Made by a program: the position numbers and the translations under genes. Below the pieces are notes generated by a model. The model saw only the letters and a program-made list of their open reading frames with translations. It was not told where the DNA came from and did no database searches. 64,000 nt of DNA from IMG/VR virus record IMGVR_UViG_3300023092_000001, positions 6,825-70,824 of that record; one strand, given 5' to 3'. Each line of letters opens with the position of its first letter. Position 1 is the first letter of the stretch. The stretch comes from a virus. Lineage: Duplodnaviria > Caudoviricetes. Shown piece after piece: positions 52,705 through 61,952 of this stretch.

Positions 52705-54448
52705 GGTATCCGAAATATCCGAAAGGCTTTCCGCTCATGCGCCTCAGGTGGCAGCCATGCTGCTTCCTGGTGGTAGGGAATACGGCCAAGAATGGCTGTG
52801 TGGAGACCTGACTGGCAAGCCGGGTGAAAGCCTCAAGGTGACGATTCACAGCACGTATGCGGGCCAATGGGCAGACTGGGCGACTGGTGAGAAGGGCGAC
52901 ATGATCGACCTCTGGCGAATGACAAAAGGGCTGACTCCTGGCGAGACGCTGAAGGAGGTGAAAGCATTCCTTGGAATTGTTGACCCTGTGCGCCAGAGGG
53001 AGCAAAAGCATTACAGCAAGCCGCCACAAGCCAATACAGCAGCCCTCAGTATTGAGGGTGGGGCGATGAAATATCTCACGGGCACACGCCACCTTAGCCG
53101 AGAGATTGTGGAGGCATTGAAAATCGAGGGAGACCCAGTCAAAAAGGCTATTGTCTTTCCCTCTTACTCACCAAGGGGTGATTTGGTGAACCGGTCTTAT
53201 CGGACCCTCACAGAGCCCAAAGAGGTTTGGCAAGACAAGGGTTGCGCGCCCTCTCTGTTCGGGTGGCAGGCTCTTCCAGAAGAGGCGTACAAGACCCGTC
53301 GTGTACTCCTGAGCGAGGGACAAATAGATTGCGCCTCGTGGCTCCAATGGGGAATCCCAGCCCTATCTGTGCCGAACGGCAGCGGATGCTCTTGGGTGGA
53401 TTACGAGTGGGATAACCTCGCTCCGTTTGACACCTTCTACCTCGCCTTTGACCAGGATAAGAGTGGGGAGAAAATAGCCAACGAGGTGATGGCTCGCCTG
53501 GGCCGTCATCGGTGCTTGTTGGTGGCTATGCCGAAGAAGGATGCGAACGCCTGTCTTCAGTCTGGATACACCGCCAAAGATGCGGCTGAATGGGTGCAGA
53601 ACGCCAAGATCCCAATGGTGGATAAGCTCGTCACAGCCCTCGACTTGGAGGAGCGCGTGATCGAGGAGCTGAGGCCCAAGGAAGAGGCCTTCACGCTACC
53701 TTTCCTTGGCAAACAATGGCCGTCTCATGGATTGTACTTCCGCCCATCGGAGGTGACGGTTTGGGGCGGCTATCCAGGAGCAGGCAAGACCACGATGCTA
53801 AACTTCGTCAAGAGCGCCATGCTCTCCAAGGGTAATCATATCTTCGAGGCTTCTATGGAGATGAAGCCCGAAGCCTTGATCGCGCACTTGATGAGGATGT
53901 TCTATAAGGAACCCACAGAAGCGAATGCTCGGGAGTTTGTGGCCCAAATGGGTCATATGATGCTTTTTGCCGATGTGAAGGGGCATATCAGCCAAGAGCG
54001 CCTTTTTGAGATGATGTGGTTTTCCTATCGACGCTATGGTGCCGAGCACTTCGTTATTGATTCCCTGATGCGCATAGATGGGCTGGATGAGAAGTTTCCC
54101 GAGCAGATCGAGTTCATGTCAAAGTTGTCAGAGTTTGCCCATGCCACCAAGGGGCACATCCATCTTGTTGCTCACCTACGCAAACCCACAGGGAAAGATC
54201 CAGGTCAGCCGGATATGAATGCCGTCAAGGGGTCGGGCGGGATTGTTGGAAATGCCGACAATGTTTTGATTGTGGCTCGCAACCCGAAGAAGGATAAGCT
54301 CATCAAAGAGGGAGGTATCACCCCTGACCAGAGGAATCAGATGCACGACACGGAAATCATCGTTGAGAAACAGCGCGCCTCGGGGTGGCTCGGAAAGTTC
54401 CGACTTAAATTCCACCCTCACACGCAATCATTCTCTTCAATGGCTTAA
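52694..54448 (+). CDS. Primase-helicase (T7 gp4/Twinkle-like)
   Basis: TOPRIM (LSEGQID, ALSVPNG, AFDQD, KDAN) and SF4 helicase motifs (GYPGAGKTT, FVIDSL, HLVAHLRK, KGSGGI, EKQR). Confidence 0.9.
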   Translation: MDLKVSEISERLSAHAPQVAAMLLPGGREYGQEWLCGDLTGKPGESLKVTIHSTYAGQWADWATGEKGDMIDLWRMTKGLTPGETLKEVKAFLGIVDPVRQREQKHYSKPPQANTAALSIEGGAMKYLTGTRHLSREIVEALKIEGDPVKKAIVFPSYSPRGDLVNRSYRTLTEPKEVWQDKGCAPSLFGWQALPEEAYKTRRVLLSEGQIDCASWLQWGIPALSVPNGSGCSWVDYEWDNLAPFDTFYLAFDQDKSGEKIANEVMARLGRHRCLLVAMPKKDANACLQSGYTAKDAAEWVQNAKIPMVDKLVTALDLEERVIEELRPKEEAFTLPFLGKQWPSHGLYFRPSEVTVWGGYPGAGKTTMLNFVKSAMLSKGNHIFEASMEMKPEALIAHLMRMFYKEPTEANAREFVAQMGHMMLFADVKGHISQERLFEMMWFSYRRYGAEHFVIDSLMRIDGLDEKFPEQIEFMSKLSEFAHATKGHIHLVAHLRKPTGKDPGQPDMNAVKGSGGIVGNADNVLIVARNPKKDKLIKEGGITPDQRNQMHDTEIIVEKQRASGWLGKFRLKFHPHTQSFSSMA

Positions 54449-54504
54449 GGGGAGACCACCAACCAGAAAGAAACCTTGAGAAAGTGTTTGTTGCAAAGTA
54501 GAAA

Positions 54505-54708
54505 ATGCGTATTGTCGTGTATATGGGTAAATCAATTCGAATCACTGAGTCTTGCCACAAGCGTGTGCGGATGGCGGCAGCAGCTAACGGGATTACCATT
54601 TCCGATCTAGTGCAAGAGGCGATTAGTTATTACCTGCCTAAGGGCAGCTCGAATGAAACGGCTGAGCAAGCCAAACCCACCAAGAAGAAGGGAGGAAAGG
54701 TGTTGTGA
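54505..54708 (+). CDS. RHH DNA-binding protein
   Basis: KSIRITESCHKRVRMAAAANGITISDLVQEAI. Confidence 0.6.
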   Translation: MRIVVYMGKSIRITESCHKRVRMAAAANGITISDLVQEAISYYLPKGSSNETAEQAKPTKKKGGKVL

Positions 54709-55100
54709 GTATCGACACACAAAAACTACGCATAGCCCTAGCAGAATCTGCTGGGTGGACTGACTGTGGATATGCAGGATCTGGAGAGGAGAGGACCACG
54801 CCATTGACTTACGGCGAACTGTGCGGAGTGAATCCATCGCTTTTGCCACAAGTTGTTTACCATGTTCTCCCGAACTACCCCGAAGACCTAAACGCTGCTG
54901 CTGAGTTGGAGAAGCGTCTGAGTGAGAATGAACTCCCTCATTTTGAGTATCATCTCCGAAGAGTTATGTTCAGGGACGACAAGGACGAATTATGGGTTCC
55001 TTGGCGAGTTGCAGCAACATACGTGTGGCACGCCAGCGCCCTGCAAAGGTGCATCGCTTACGCACTAATTAAGGAGATAGAGATTCACGAAGGGGAATAA
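54705..55100 (+). CDS. Hypothetical protein, paralog of 56074..56454
   Basis: RIALAESAG...LPNYPEDLNA. Confidence 0.6.
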   Translation: MSIDTQKLRIALAESAGWTDCGYAGSGEERTTPLTYGELCGVNPSLLPQVVYHVLPNYPEDLNAAAELEKRLSENELPHFEYHLRRVMFRDDKDELWVPWRVAATYVWHASALQRCIAYALIKEIEIHEGE

Positions 55101-55104
55101 AGAC

Positions 55105-55443
55105 ATGAGCAACCTACACGCCCTAGCCCAATTCCTCGAAGAAAGCGAGATTGGCACAGCGCCCGAGGCGAGAACCGAGCAAACCCGTGCCGACTGGCTT
55201 AAGGTTGCGGAGATTGCGAGTGAGTTTCTTTGCGGGTGGAAGCCGATTGAGGAGTCTCCCAGAGACGGCTCTAAGGTTCTTTATTTCAATTCCAAGCTAG
55301 GTGAGAGGGTGGGTAATCAGCCGCCTGGATGTACGCGTGGATTATGGCGTCTCAATGAGACAACGGGCATGTGGTCAGGAAGTTCGTATTTAAGAACCGA
55401 GCTTGATACCCACTGGCAACCCCTACCTGAGCCGCCTCAGTGA
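55105..55443 (+). CDS. DUF551-like protein
   Basis: GWKPIEESPRDGSKVL...THWQPLPEPP. Confidence 0.65.
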   Translation: MSNLHALAQFLEESEIGTAPEARTEQTRADWLKVAEIASEFLCGWKPIEESPRDGSKVLYFNSKLGERVGNQPPGCTRGLWRLNETTGMWSGSSYLRTELDTHWQPLPEPPQ

Positions 55444-55483
55444 TTGAGCGAGGATTTATCTAAACATCTAGAGGAACTAAAAC

Positions 55484-56077
55484 ATGAATGATACAGACAC
55501 GCCAAGGACCGATAAAGAAGCATTCTTTTATCGCCCATATTCGTCAGAAGCGGAAGACGAAGAATGGGTGCAAGCTGGATTATGCAGAGATATCGAGCGA
55601 GAGCTCGCCGCTGTGACCAAGGATCTATTGGAGTCTGAGGCACAGAGGCTTGAATGGGTTCAGCGATGCACGAGCTATGCGGACCAATTGAGGCAGGTTA
55701 GGGCGCGAGAGGTTAGGTATCGCGCAATTTTGGGAAAATTAATGCTCGCCGAAAGGTGGAGTTGCGATGTTTTCACCGGCCTCCTAGGACCAGAGAATGA
55801 TGGACCTTGGGTGATGGTAGATCATGAGGAGATCGAGTCAGCACTGGCCGCGCCTGTGCCCGACTGTCCGCCAAGCGGGCCAACAACAGACGAGATACTG
55901 GATTGGCTGGAATCATGGCTATCGAAAAAAAGCACTATCGCTATTCAGGAGTTCGATCACGACGGGCGCAGGATGTTTAACCGCGTTCTGAATGTTATAA
56001 AGATGAAGGGTCGTGGCGGCGAAGATGAAACCCTGCGCCAAGCCATCGCGGCAGCCATGAAGGAGGATGCACAATGA
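55484..56077 (+). CDS. Hypothetical protein, related to 57722..58498
   Basis: DTPRTD...ERELA...ARE...ALAAP. Confidence 0.55.
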   Translation: MNDTDTPRTDKEAFFYRPYSSEAEDEEWVQAGLCRDIERELAAVTKDLLESEAQRLEWVQRCTSYADQLRQVRAREVRYRAILGKLMLAERWSCDVFTGLLGPENDGPWVMVDHEEIESALAAPVPDCPPSGPTTDEILDWLESWLSKKSTIAIQEFDHDGRRMFNRVLNVIKMKGRGGEDETLRQAIAAAMKEDAQ

Positions 56078-56454
56078 GCCCCGAGAAACAACGCATAGCC
56101 ATCGCGGAGGCGTGTGGCTTAACTCCATGGTTGGAATGCCATCGACACGGTGAAGTGGGAAGAGAAAGAGCCGAATCTTTGGGAGGAGGTGATCTTGGCT
56201 GTCCTTGGTGTGCCTCTGTATTAATCCAGAAGGATCTCCCAGACTACTTGCACGACCTCAACGCCATTCATGAGGCAAAGCGCCAGTTGCTCGCCACTAC
56301 TGGTTTATGTAACGATTTCCAGGTTCATCTTTTGAGCGAGCGGCCAGCGAGGCCAGTGAGGTATGAAACGGATAAGTGGACCTGGGGACAGGAAGCCGCA
56401 ATACAAGCAGTCGCGCTACTTCGCGCCATCGACAAGTGGGAGGACGAGTCATGA
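56074..56454 (+). CDS. Hypothetical protein, paralog of 54705..55100
   Basis: QRIAIAEACG...LPDYLHDLNA. Confidence 0.6.
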   Translation: MSPEKQRIAIAEACGLTPWLECHRHGEVGRERAESLGGGDLGCPWCASVLIQKDLPDYLHDLNAIHEAKRQLLATTGLCNDFQVHLLSERPARPVRYETDKWTWGQEAAIQAVALLRAIDKWEDES

Positions 56455-56831
56455 TCGACCCATTTGAGTATATTCGGACCTATTACCAAGTTCCCGCAGA
56501 GAAAGGGAGGCGAGTCGAGGTGAAGTTTAAAGGTAATCGCCAAGGCGTTATAACCGGCGCGAGAAACCAATACGTGGAGATCCAATTCGACGGAGACAAA
56601 AAGCCATCTGGGGTCTTCCACCCTACTGATGGCATTAAATATCTAGGAATTGGAGATCTACCAAAGATCACACGCTCACAGGAGCGTTACCATCGTTACC
56701 GCGAGGTTGCGGATTGCTTTGATAGCTTTGGGCAGTTTCTTTTACACGAAAAGGATGAGCGCTCAGCCAAGCGCCTTGGGTTTAGACATGCAGGCGAATA
56801 TAGGGATTGGCTGAGGGAGTACGAATTATGA
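56451..56831 (+). CDS. Hypothetical protein
   Basis: FEYIRTYYQVPA..G.RV...G.ITG...Y..I.FDG...HPT..I.YL; start 56451. Confidence 0.6.
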   Translation: MIDPFEYIRTYYQVPAEKGRRVEVKFKGNRQGVITGARNQYVEIQFDGDKKPSGVFHPTDGIKYLGIGDLPKITRSQERYHRYREVADCFDSFGQFLLHEKDERSAKRLGFRHAGEYRDWLREYEL

Positions 56832-57004
56832 ACAAATCCATCCAAGAAGAGATCCTGTGCGCCCTCTGGCTCATCGCCGCCTTTGAGGCTAAGCAGGCTG
56901 GAATTCCAGAATGGGCGTTTTGGTGTCTGATCGGCAAGGCGTGTTTGGATGGTATTTGCGCAATATCAGCAGCATTAAAGGGGGCGAAGGAGGACTCAAG
57001 ATGA
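56828..57004 (+). CDS. Small membrane protein
   Basis: Two short hydrophobic segments; ATGA overlaps. Confidence 0.45.
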   Translation: MNKSIQEEILCALWLIAAFEAKQAGIPEWAFWCLIGKACLDGICAISAALKGAKEDSR

Positions 57005-57198
57005 GCTGCACCACAGGCCTTAGCGCCATCACAGAATCCTCCTGTCAAGATGGGCAGCTAGCTTTTGAGGCTTGGCTTGAGCGTGAAAGCCCTAGCGGAG
57101 ATCATGATTCAATAATGCGCCAATGGGTTCACAGCACCGATTTTGAGGATCTCAAAGATTCAGAGGATGTGAGCAAGCTGTGGGAGGACTACCAATAA
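57001..57198 (+). CDS. Hypothetical protein
   Basis: ATGA-coupled. Confidence 0.45.
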   Translation: MSCTTGLSAITESSCQDGQLAFEAWLERESPSGDHDSIMRQWVHSTDFEDLKDSEDVSKLWEDYQ

Positions 57199-57209
57199 CC
57201 TCAACGATC

Positions 57210-57725
57210 ATGAAGATAATATTCCTCGACTTCGATGGCGTCCTTCTGACTTGCCGCACACGCCTAGGCAGTAATGGTCGAAGTTTCAGTGATTGTCCTC
57301 CTGACCCTTTGGCTTGCGGATTGCTTCAGCGCATATGCAAAGCGGGCTGTCAGATTGTTGTCTCCAGTACATGGCGCGAGACCGCTAATTGGCGCTCTAA
57401 GCTCGTAGAAGGGTGTCTGGAGGCCTTCCTGCACCCCGAAGACCCCACAACCCCATGCCTCCATGCGTTCGGCACCAGATCTCGCCCAAAGGAGATAGAA
57501 GACTGGCTGGAACGTCACCCCGAAGTGACAGACTACCGCATCGTGGATGATGATGCGTGGGAGTGGTTTCCTGGGCAGGAAGAGCATTGGGTGCAATGCG
57601 ACCCTGCCAATGGCCTGCAAAGCTCGGAGATGCATGATCTCATAGCGTGGATGGACCTACAGCCGCACACGCTTCCCAGGATCACGGTAAAGAGAATCGA
57701 ACAATGCGGAGATGATGAATTATGA
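57210..57725 (+). CDS. HAD-superfamily protein (Swiss Army Knife RNA-repair-like HAD)
   Basis: IIFLDFDGVL, IVVSSTWR, IEDWL, YRIVDDD. Confidence 0.8.
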   Translation: MKIIFLDFDGVLLTCRTRLGSNGRSFSDCPPDPLACGLLQRICKAGCQIVVSSTWRETANWRSKLVEGCLEAFLHPEDPTTPCLHAFGTRSRPKEIEDWLERHPEVTDYRIVDDDAWEWFPGQEEHWVQCDPANGLQSSEMHDLIAWMDLQPHTLPRITVKRIEQCGDDEL

Positions 57726-58498
57726 GCGATACACCAAGAACTGATCAAGTGATAGACGATGGGCACAAGGCCGATGTGATTGCAAATCACGATGACCTTA
57801 CCCATTACATGATGAGCGCCGGACGCCTTGCGGGCCATGCTCGAAATCTCGAACGAGAATTAACAGGCCTCAGCAAACAAGGAGACGAGGCCTTATTCGC
57901 TAAGGAGCAGTCCATCAATCGCGAGGCGGAACAGATGGCACGTGCGGATGCGCTTGCACGCTGGAAATACGATATGCTCCAGCTTGAATCGGAATGGGAC
58001 GAGCAGGCTCTAGCCAAGATGCTTGGAGGCGAGTTGGGTAAGAGTTGCCGCAAGATTATTCAGGAGAAGGTGCCGGAGTTGGTGCGCCGTTTGGAGGAAT
58101 CGCGAGCTAGGGAGGCTGGGTTGCGATCCGCTCTTAAGAGGGCGCTGAAGACATTCACGGCCCTTGAAAAGCTTGGCGGATACAGGAGCGTGGAGGCGGA
58201 TGGCAGAGATTCCAAGTTGCCTCCCAACTGCGTCCTGAGAGCTGTGATCGAAATATCTCAAGCGTTAGCCGCGCCAAGGTCGCCTTCCGACACGAACTTT
58301 GCTGAGGCACTCACAGGAACGACTGAGCGCAATCCTAACGGATGCGGATGCTGGACTTGTAACCCCAAGGCTTCCTGGTTTGTTGTTTGCGATATTTGTG
58401 GAAATAAGCGCTGCCCACACGCCACTGATCACGCACTAGGTTGCACGGGCTCAAATGAGCCGGGACAAGAGGGTAGCGTTTTCTCGGCCCTTAAATAA
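57722..58498 (+). CDS. Coiled-coil hypothetical protein with C-terminal Cys cluster
   Basis: DTPRTD start; CGCWTC...CDICGNKRCPHATDH..CTGSNEPGQ.GS. Confidence 0.6.
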   Translation: MSDTPRTDQVIDDGHKADVIANHDDLTHYMMSAGRLAGHARNLERELTGLSKQGDEALFAKEQSINREAEQMARADALARWKYDMLQLESEWDEQALAKMLGGELGKSCRKIIQEKVPELVRRLEESRAREAGLRSALKRALKTFTALEKLGGYRSVEADGRDSKLPPNCVLRAVIEISQALAAPRSPSDTNFAEALTGTTERNPNGCGCWTCNPKASWFVVCDICGNKRCPHATDHALGCTGSNEPGQEGSVFSALK

Positions 58499-58535
58499 CC
58501 TGGACAACAGCCCCAGAGGAACTCACATTAGGCGC

Positions 58536-58718
58536 ATGAAACTCACCCTCTTATTCCTCGCCGCATCTCAACTCGTTTGCTGCACGACCTCCACCTCCAC
58601 TACAACTGACGCTAAGGGAGTAGTCACTATCACGCAAACACGGAAGGTGGACATGGATGTCTTTACCAAGACTGCGGACACGATCACGGTTTTGGCGGAT
58701 CGGTATAGCGGTAAGTAG
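58536..58718 (+). CDS. Small secreted/lipoprotein candidate with its own promoter
   Basis: MKLTLLFLAASQLVCC signal with an imperfect lipobox; TGGACA-N17-CACATT-N6-ATG upstream. Confidence 0.55.
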   Translation: MKLTLLFLAASQLVCCTTSTSTTTDAKGVVTITQTRKVDMDVFTKTADTITVLADRYSGK

Positions 58719-58856
58719 CAGTCCCATCTCAACTATGAGACAACCCCTCACCATCTATGGAAATTAGAAAGCAAGCTACAGGTTCAGCGTCAACGGGTTG
58801 CAGCGAAAGTGAGGAATTTGGGGCCTCTGCTATTGAGACTAGTGGGGATGAAGGCG

Positions 58857-59324
58857 CTAAAAGTAACGACCACTCACAACTCCTAAAGCATAATCAAAGC
58901 AGTACTCGGCCAAGCCGCGATCAGGCCACCAATACTTTAACAGGAACTCTTTTGTTAGCTTGGGTGGAAAGGGGAATGAAATTGGCATATCAGACATTGG
59001 CCCTGGTATGTGGGAAACGGCGAAACGGTGACATCCCGAAAGCGCCACCCGCGCCCAATATCGAGACTCTTCATTCATCTTTACCCCTGCATATTCAGCG
59101 TCGTCGAATACTAGAGAAATTAGGGGATGATGAGGTTTGTAGGCTTGTTCCATGGACCGCGCAACTTGGGCCAATGCCTCCCCGAAATCCTGATTTGGCA
59201 CTGGTTTATGCTGAGGCCGAAAGGTTGATCCTGGAAGACCATCAAGTGAAGCCTTAAGGGAGTAGGCTAGCCACTTCCATCTTTCCTCATCTGTCTCAGC
59301 TTGATTTGGTTCTTCTTGTTCCAT
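58857..59324 (-). CDS. Hypothetical protein (strand assignment uncertain)
   Basis: Start inside the 27-nt repeat; an antiparallel 166-aa ORF (58757..59257) is also open. Confidence 0.35.
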   Translation of the reverse strand: MEQEEPNQAETDEERWKWLAYSLKASLDGLPGSTFRPQHKPVPNQDFGEALAQVARSMEQAYKPHHPLISLVFDDAEYAGVKMNEESRYWARVALSGCHRFAVSHIPGPMSDMPISFPFPPKLTKEFLLKYWWPDRGLAEYCFDYALGVVSGRYF

Positions 59325-59353
59325 CCACGCATCCCGCCAGAAACCCACCCAAA

Positions 59354-59617
59354 ATGCAAACTTTAAGCAAGCCATCAAACCAATGGACGTTCAGCATCGT
59401 CCAGACATATGAGCGCGATGGGACCGCTTACTTCGTGGATGGATTTGGCTGCGAGCAACCCTACATACCGCGCCAGGATCGGTTAGTGTTTACGATAAAC
59501 ACACCGGATGGCGTGCGAGAGATTGACGCCTTTTCAGCCTCGACAACATCTCAGGATCTAGAGGCTTGCGGAATCGATGTGGGCCCCGATTGGGCGTTTC
59601 GTACGGGCGTGCGATGA
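59354..59617 (+). CDS. Hypothetical protein
   Basis: A/C-rich leader before ATG 59354. Confidence 0.45.
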   Translation: MQTLSKPSNQWTFSIVQTYERDGTAYFVDGFGCEQPYIPRQDRLVFTINTPDGVREIDAFSASTTSQDLEACGIDVGPDWAFRTGVR

Positions 59618-59683
59618 ATGCCGAGGAAGGCGCTCATCCCAGCAAATACTATGTCAACCAACACCCACATTGTCAGCCTGCCT

Positions 59684-59914
59684 TTAGGCCAGCTTCCAGA
59701 GCCTGATCGTGCCGTCTTGGGAACTGAGGTAGTTGCCCTTGGGCGGGATGCCATGGACCCTAACAGGGCTGGATTTTATGGCGGTCGCCGCCTCGCCACG
59801 AGGGAGGAGCTTGTACGCAGCTTCGATGGGGAAGGCGGCCTCCCGGCTGGCTGCTATATAGGTGACAGTTCCGAATGACCACTCCCAGAGGTTCCATTGT
59901 TCTTCTTGGCTCAT
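59684..59914 (-). CDS. Hypothetical protein (strand assignment uncertain)
   Basis: Start inside the second 27-nt repeat; competes with + ORF 59618..59878. Confidence 0.3.
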   Translation of the reverse strand: MSQEEQWNLWEWSFGTVTYIAASREAAFPIEAAYKLLPRGEAATAIKSSPVRVHGIPPKGNYLSSQDGTIRLWKLA

Positions 59915-59972
59915 CCCCGCATCCCAGCAAATCTCCATTGCCCTCTCAAGCCTAATCCGTTACTCTCATGCT

Positions 59973-60122
59973 ATGCCACGTCGTCCGACAACCCGCAAGA
60001 CTCCGCGCAAGCTCCACGGCCAGGAGGCGGAGCAGGGGGTGCGCAGCGCACAGAGCGCTTTGGCGCGCATCATCTCCAAGTCCGATCCAGGGGGAACTAA
60101 AATCCCAAAAAAGAGGGCTTAG
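59973..60122 (+). CDS. Small basic protein
   Basis: MPRRPTTRKTPRKLHG...; TTGCCC-N17-TACTCT-N6-ATG upstream. Confidence 0.45.
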   Translation: MPRRPTTRKTPRKLHGQEAEQGVRSAQSALARIISKSDPGGTKIPKKRA

Positions 60123-60561
60123 GCAGAGAGTTTCTCAGGGAGGCGGAAAGCCTAAGAGCGTCCTCTTTGGTGGAAGGCTCGTTGGCATTTTGAGTTCGTT
60201 CGTACAACGAAATTTCCGTGTCTTTGCATTTGCTCCCGTTAAAATCCTGGTAGCCCTTCCATGCATTTTGAGCGCGCTTCTTTTTCTTCTCCCCGAGGTA
60301 AGCCATGCACAACAATACAGCACCTTCCAGGGGAGGGATGGAAGCTCTGTGTGCCTCCAGGATTTCCTTTGGATAGATCATAGTGGACACGGCCTGATCA
60401 AAGGCGTACAACTTAGCCAAGACGTCTCTGATGTGAGAATCACGCTCTTTGGCGAGCGCCCACAAGAAGGAGATCCACGCAACAACGCCTCCGCTTACAA
60501 CGGGGGCCCCGAGCTTGATCAATTCCCACCACCAAGTGTTATGAAAGGCGGCTACGATCAT
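60097..60561 (-). CDS. Membrane-anchored accessory (moron-like) protein
   Basis: N-terminal TM helix (LGAPVVSGGVVAWISFLWAL) then a helical soluble domain. Confidence 0.45.
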   Translation of the reverse strand: MIVAAFHNTWWWELIKLGAPVVSGGVVAWISFLWALAKERDSHIRDVLAKLYAFDQAVSTMIYPKEILEAHRASIPPLEGAVLLCMAYLGEKKKKRAQNAWKGYQDFNGSKCKDTEISLYERTQNANEPSTKEDALRLSASLRNSLPKPSFLGF

Positions 60562-60911
60562 GAGGCTCTTTGGTTGCTTTGGTCTTTTGTGGGTCCGTTT
60601 GTCGGGGCATTTGTTGTGCTATTTGTTCTCGGGCGCAAGCTTAAGGCGATGCAATCCTCGCCTTAAATCACCCCAAACCCAGACGATTCCAATCTAAACA
60701 AGGCCGGCGCGACAAACTTATGACATTAAAACCCCAAGAATTCGCCTCCAGCTTGGGGGTAGCGTTTGCTGAGTTAGGGCAAAAGGTTGACGTTGCATGG
60801 TTGGCCTCTACATCGGCCTTAAGCCTAACCTTCCCCGATCAGGGGAAGATGAGCGTTTCGATCTTTGGGGTTGGTTTTCTTCGGGCCCAGTGTAGCCAGC
60901 GAGGTTTAGGG

Positions 60912-61304
60912 TTAAGCTCGCATGTTTTCTTTAGAGATCAGTCTTGCAGCCTGATAGGAGGTGGGAACGAAGGCAACTTGGTCGCCGGTACTACCGCTTT
61001 CCGCGCTCCATGATAGCGTGATTGAATTGTCATGTTGTGGACCACTTTCACGAAGGCCGACGTCAAGACTAACTCCTTTCCATTTGATTTGAAGATTGCG
61101 ACTTTGCACGAATCGGTCATACCGACTTGGGCCTTGTTGCTCGCCATCGGAAACGTACTCCATGATGGAAATTGGCGATGGGGTTTGGTTGTCACGCCAT
61201 TCCTTTAGTTCACGTACGGCGGTAAAACGTTCGCCCTCCAAGCTTCTGAAGGCGTCTTGCGCCCATTTTGGGAGTTTGGCTAGCTGTTCTGGTGTTGGTT
61301 TCAT
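60912..61304 (-). CDS. Hypothetical early protein
   Basis: Start trimmed to MKPTPEQLAKLPKWAQD. Confidence 0.55.
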   Translation of the reverse strand: MKPTPEQLAKLPKWAQDAFRSLEGERFTAVRELKEWRDNQTPSPISIMEYVSDGEQQGPSRYDRFVQSRNLQIKWKGVSLDVGLRESGPQHDNSITLSWSAESGSTGDQVAFVPTSYQAARLISKENMRA

Positions 61305-61353
61305 ATTCGGTTCTGTTTGTTTTGGGTTTAACCTTGAGTTGTCGCGAGGGCTG

Positions 61354-61455
61354 TTAATTCCTGGCAAGGTAAACCAGGATGAAGGCCATAATAATAAAGA
61401 GCAGGCCAAAACTAATGTTCAGGCGGTCGGCTTTGGGTTCGGGTAGGCGTTGCAT
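61354..61455 (-). CDS. 33-aa membrane peptide
   Basis: Manual translation MQRLPEPKADRLNISFGLLFIIMAFILVYLARN after an A/C-rich leader. Confidence 0.45.
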   Translation of the reverse strand: MQRLPEPKADRLNISFGLLFIIMAFILVYLARN

Positions 61456-61476
61456 GGGTGTGTGTTTGTTTTGAGG

Positions 61477-61695
61477 TTAGAGGGACATATCCCGCGCAAT
61501 TAGGCGAGCGATAGATAGGCCAGACGATTCCGCCTTGGCTTTAAGAGCGTTCCATTCCTTATCCGTGAAGCGCAAGGAATGCTCGTTCGTGCGTTGATCT
61601 TCAGGGAGCGGTGGGCGTCCAACAGGGCGGACTAAGGGTGGTGATGGCTGTTTGTCTGCGAGTAGTTTAGAGAGGAGAGTGCGGGGTTGTGTCAT
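61477..61695 (-). CDS. AT-hook + RHH DNA-binding protein
   Basis: RPVGRPP then SLRFTDKEWNALKAKAESSGLSIARLI. Confidence 0.65.
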   Translation of the reverse strand: MTQPRTLLSKLLADKQPSPPLVRPVGRPPLPEDQRTNEHSLRFTDKEWNALKAKAESSGLSIARLIARDMSL

Positions 61696-61742
61696 GGGGG
61701 TAGGGGGTGGTGCGGGCTGTTTATTGGGTGAGGGTGATGTTC

Positions 61743-61952
61743 TTATCCGTTGTCGGGATGACCCGCGTATTGATTGAGAACCTTCAAAACCCCGTCCTTG
61801 GTAGGTTCCACCTCAATTGGAGTTACCGCGAACGAATGTTCCGTAGAGGCTTGCTTTCCGTCTTGCAGAGCCGAACGCTCCGACGCATGGAAGGCGTAGC
61901 CAGTATGTTGGTCATCCGAAAGTCTATTAAACGATACGCGATATAGTTTCAT
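61743..61952 (-). CDS. Hypothetical early protein
   Basis: Coupled ORF. Confidence 0.55.
   Translation of the reverse strand: MKLYRVSFNRLSDDQHTGYAFHASERSALQDGKQASTEHSFAVTPIEVEPTKDGVLKVLNQYAGHPDNG

Noticed and set aside
59968-60666. 232-aa plus-strand ORF
   Set aside because: Antiparallel to 60097..60561 and overlapping 59973..60122, with a patchy composition; judged a shadow ORF, with modest confidence.
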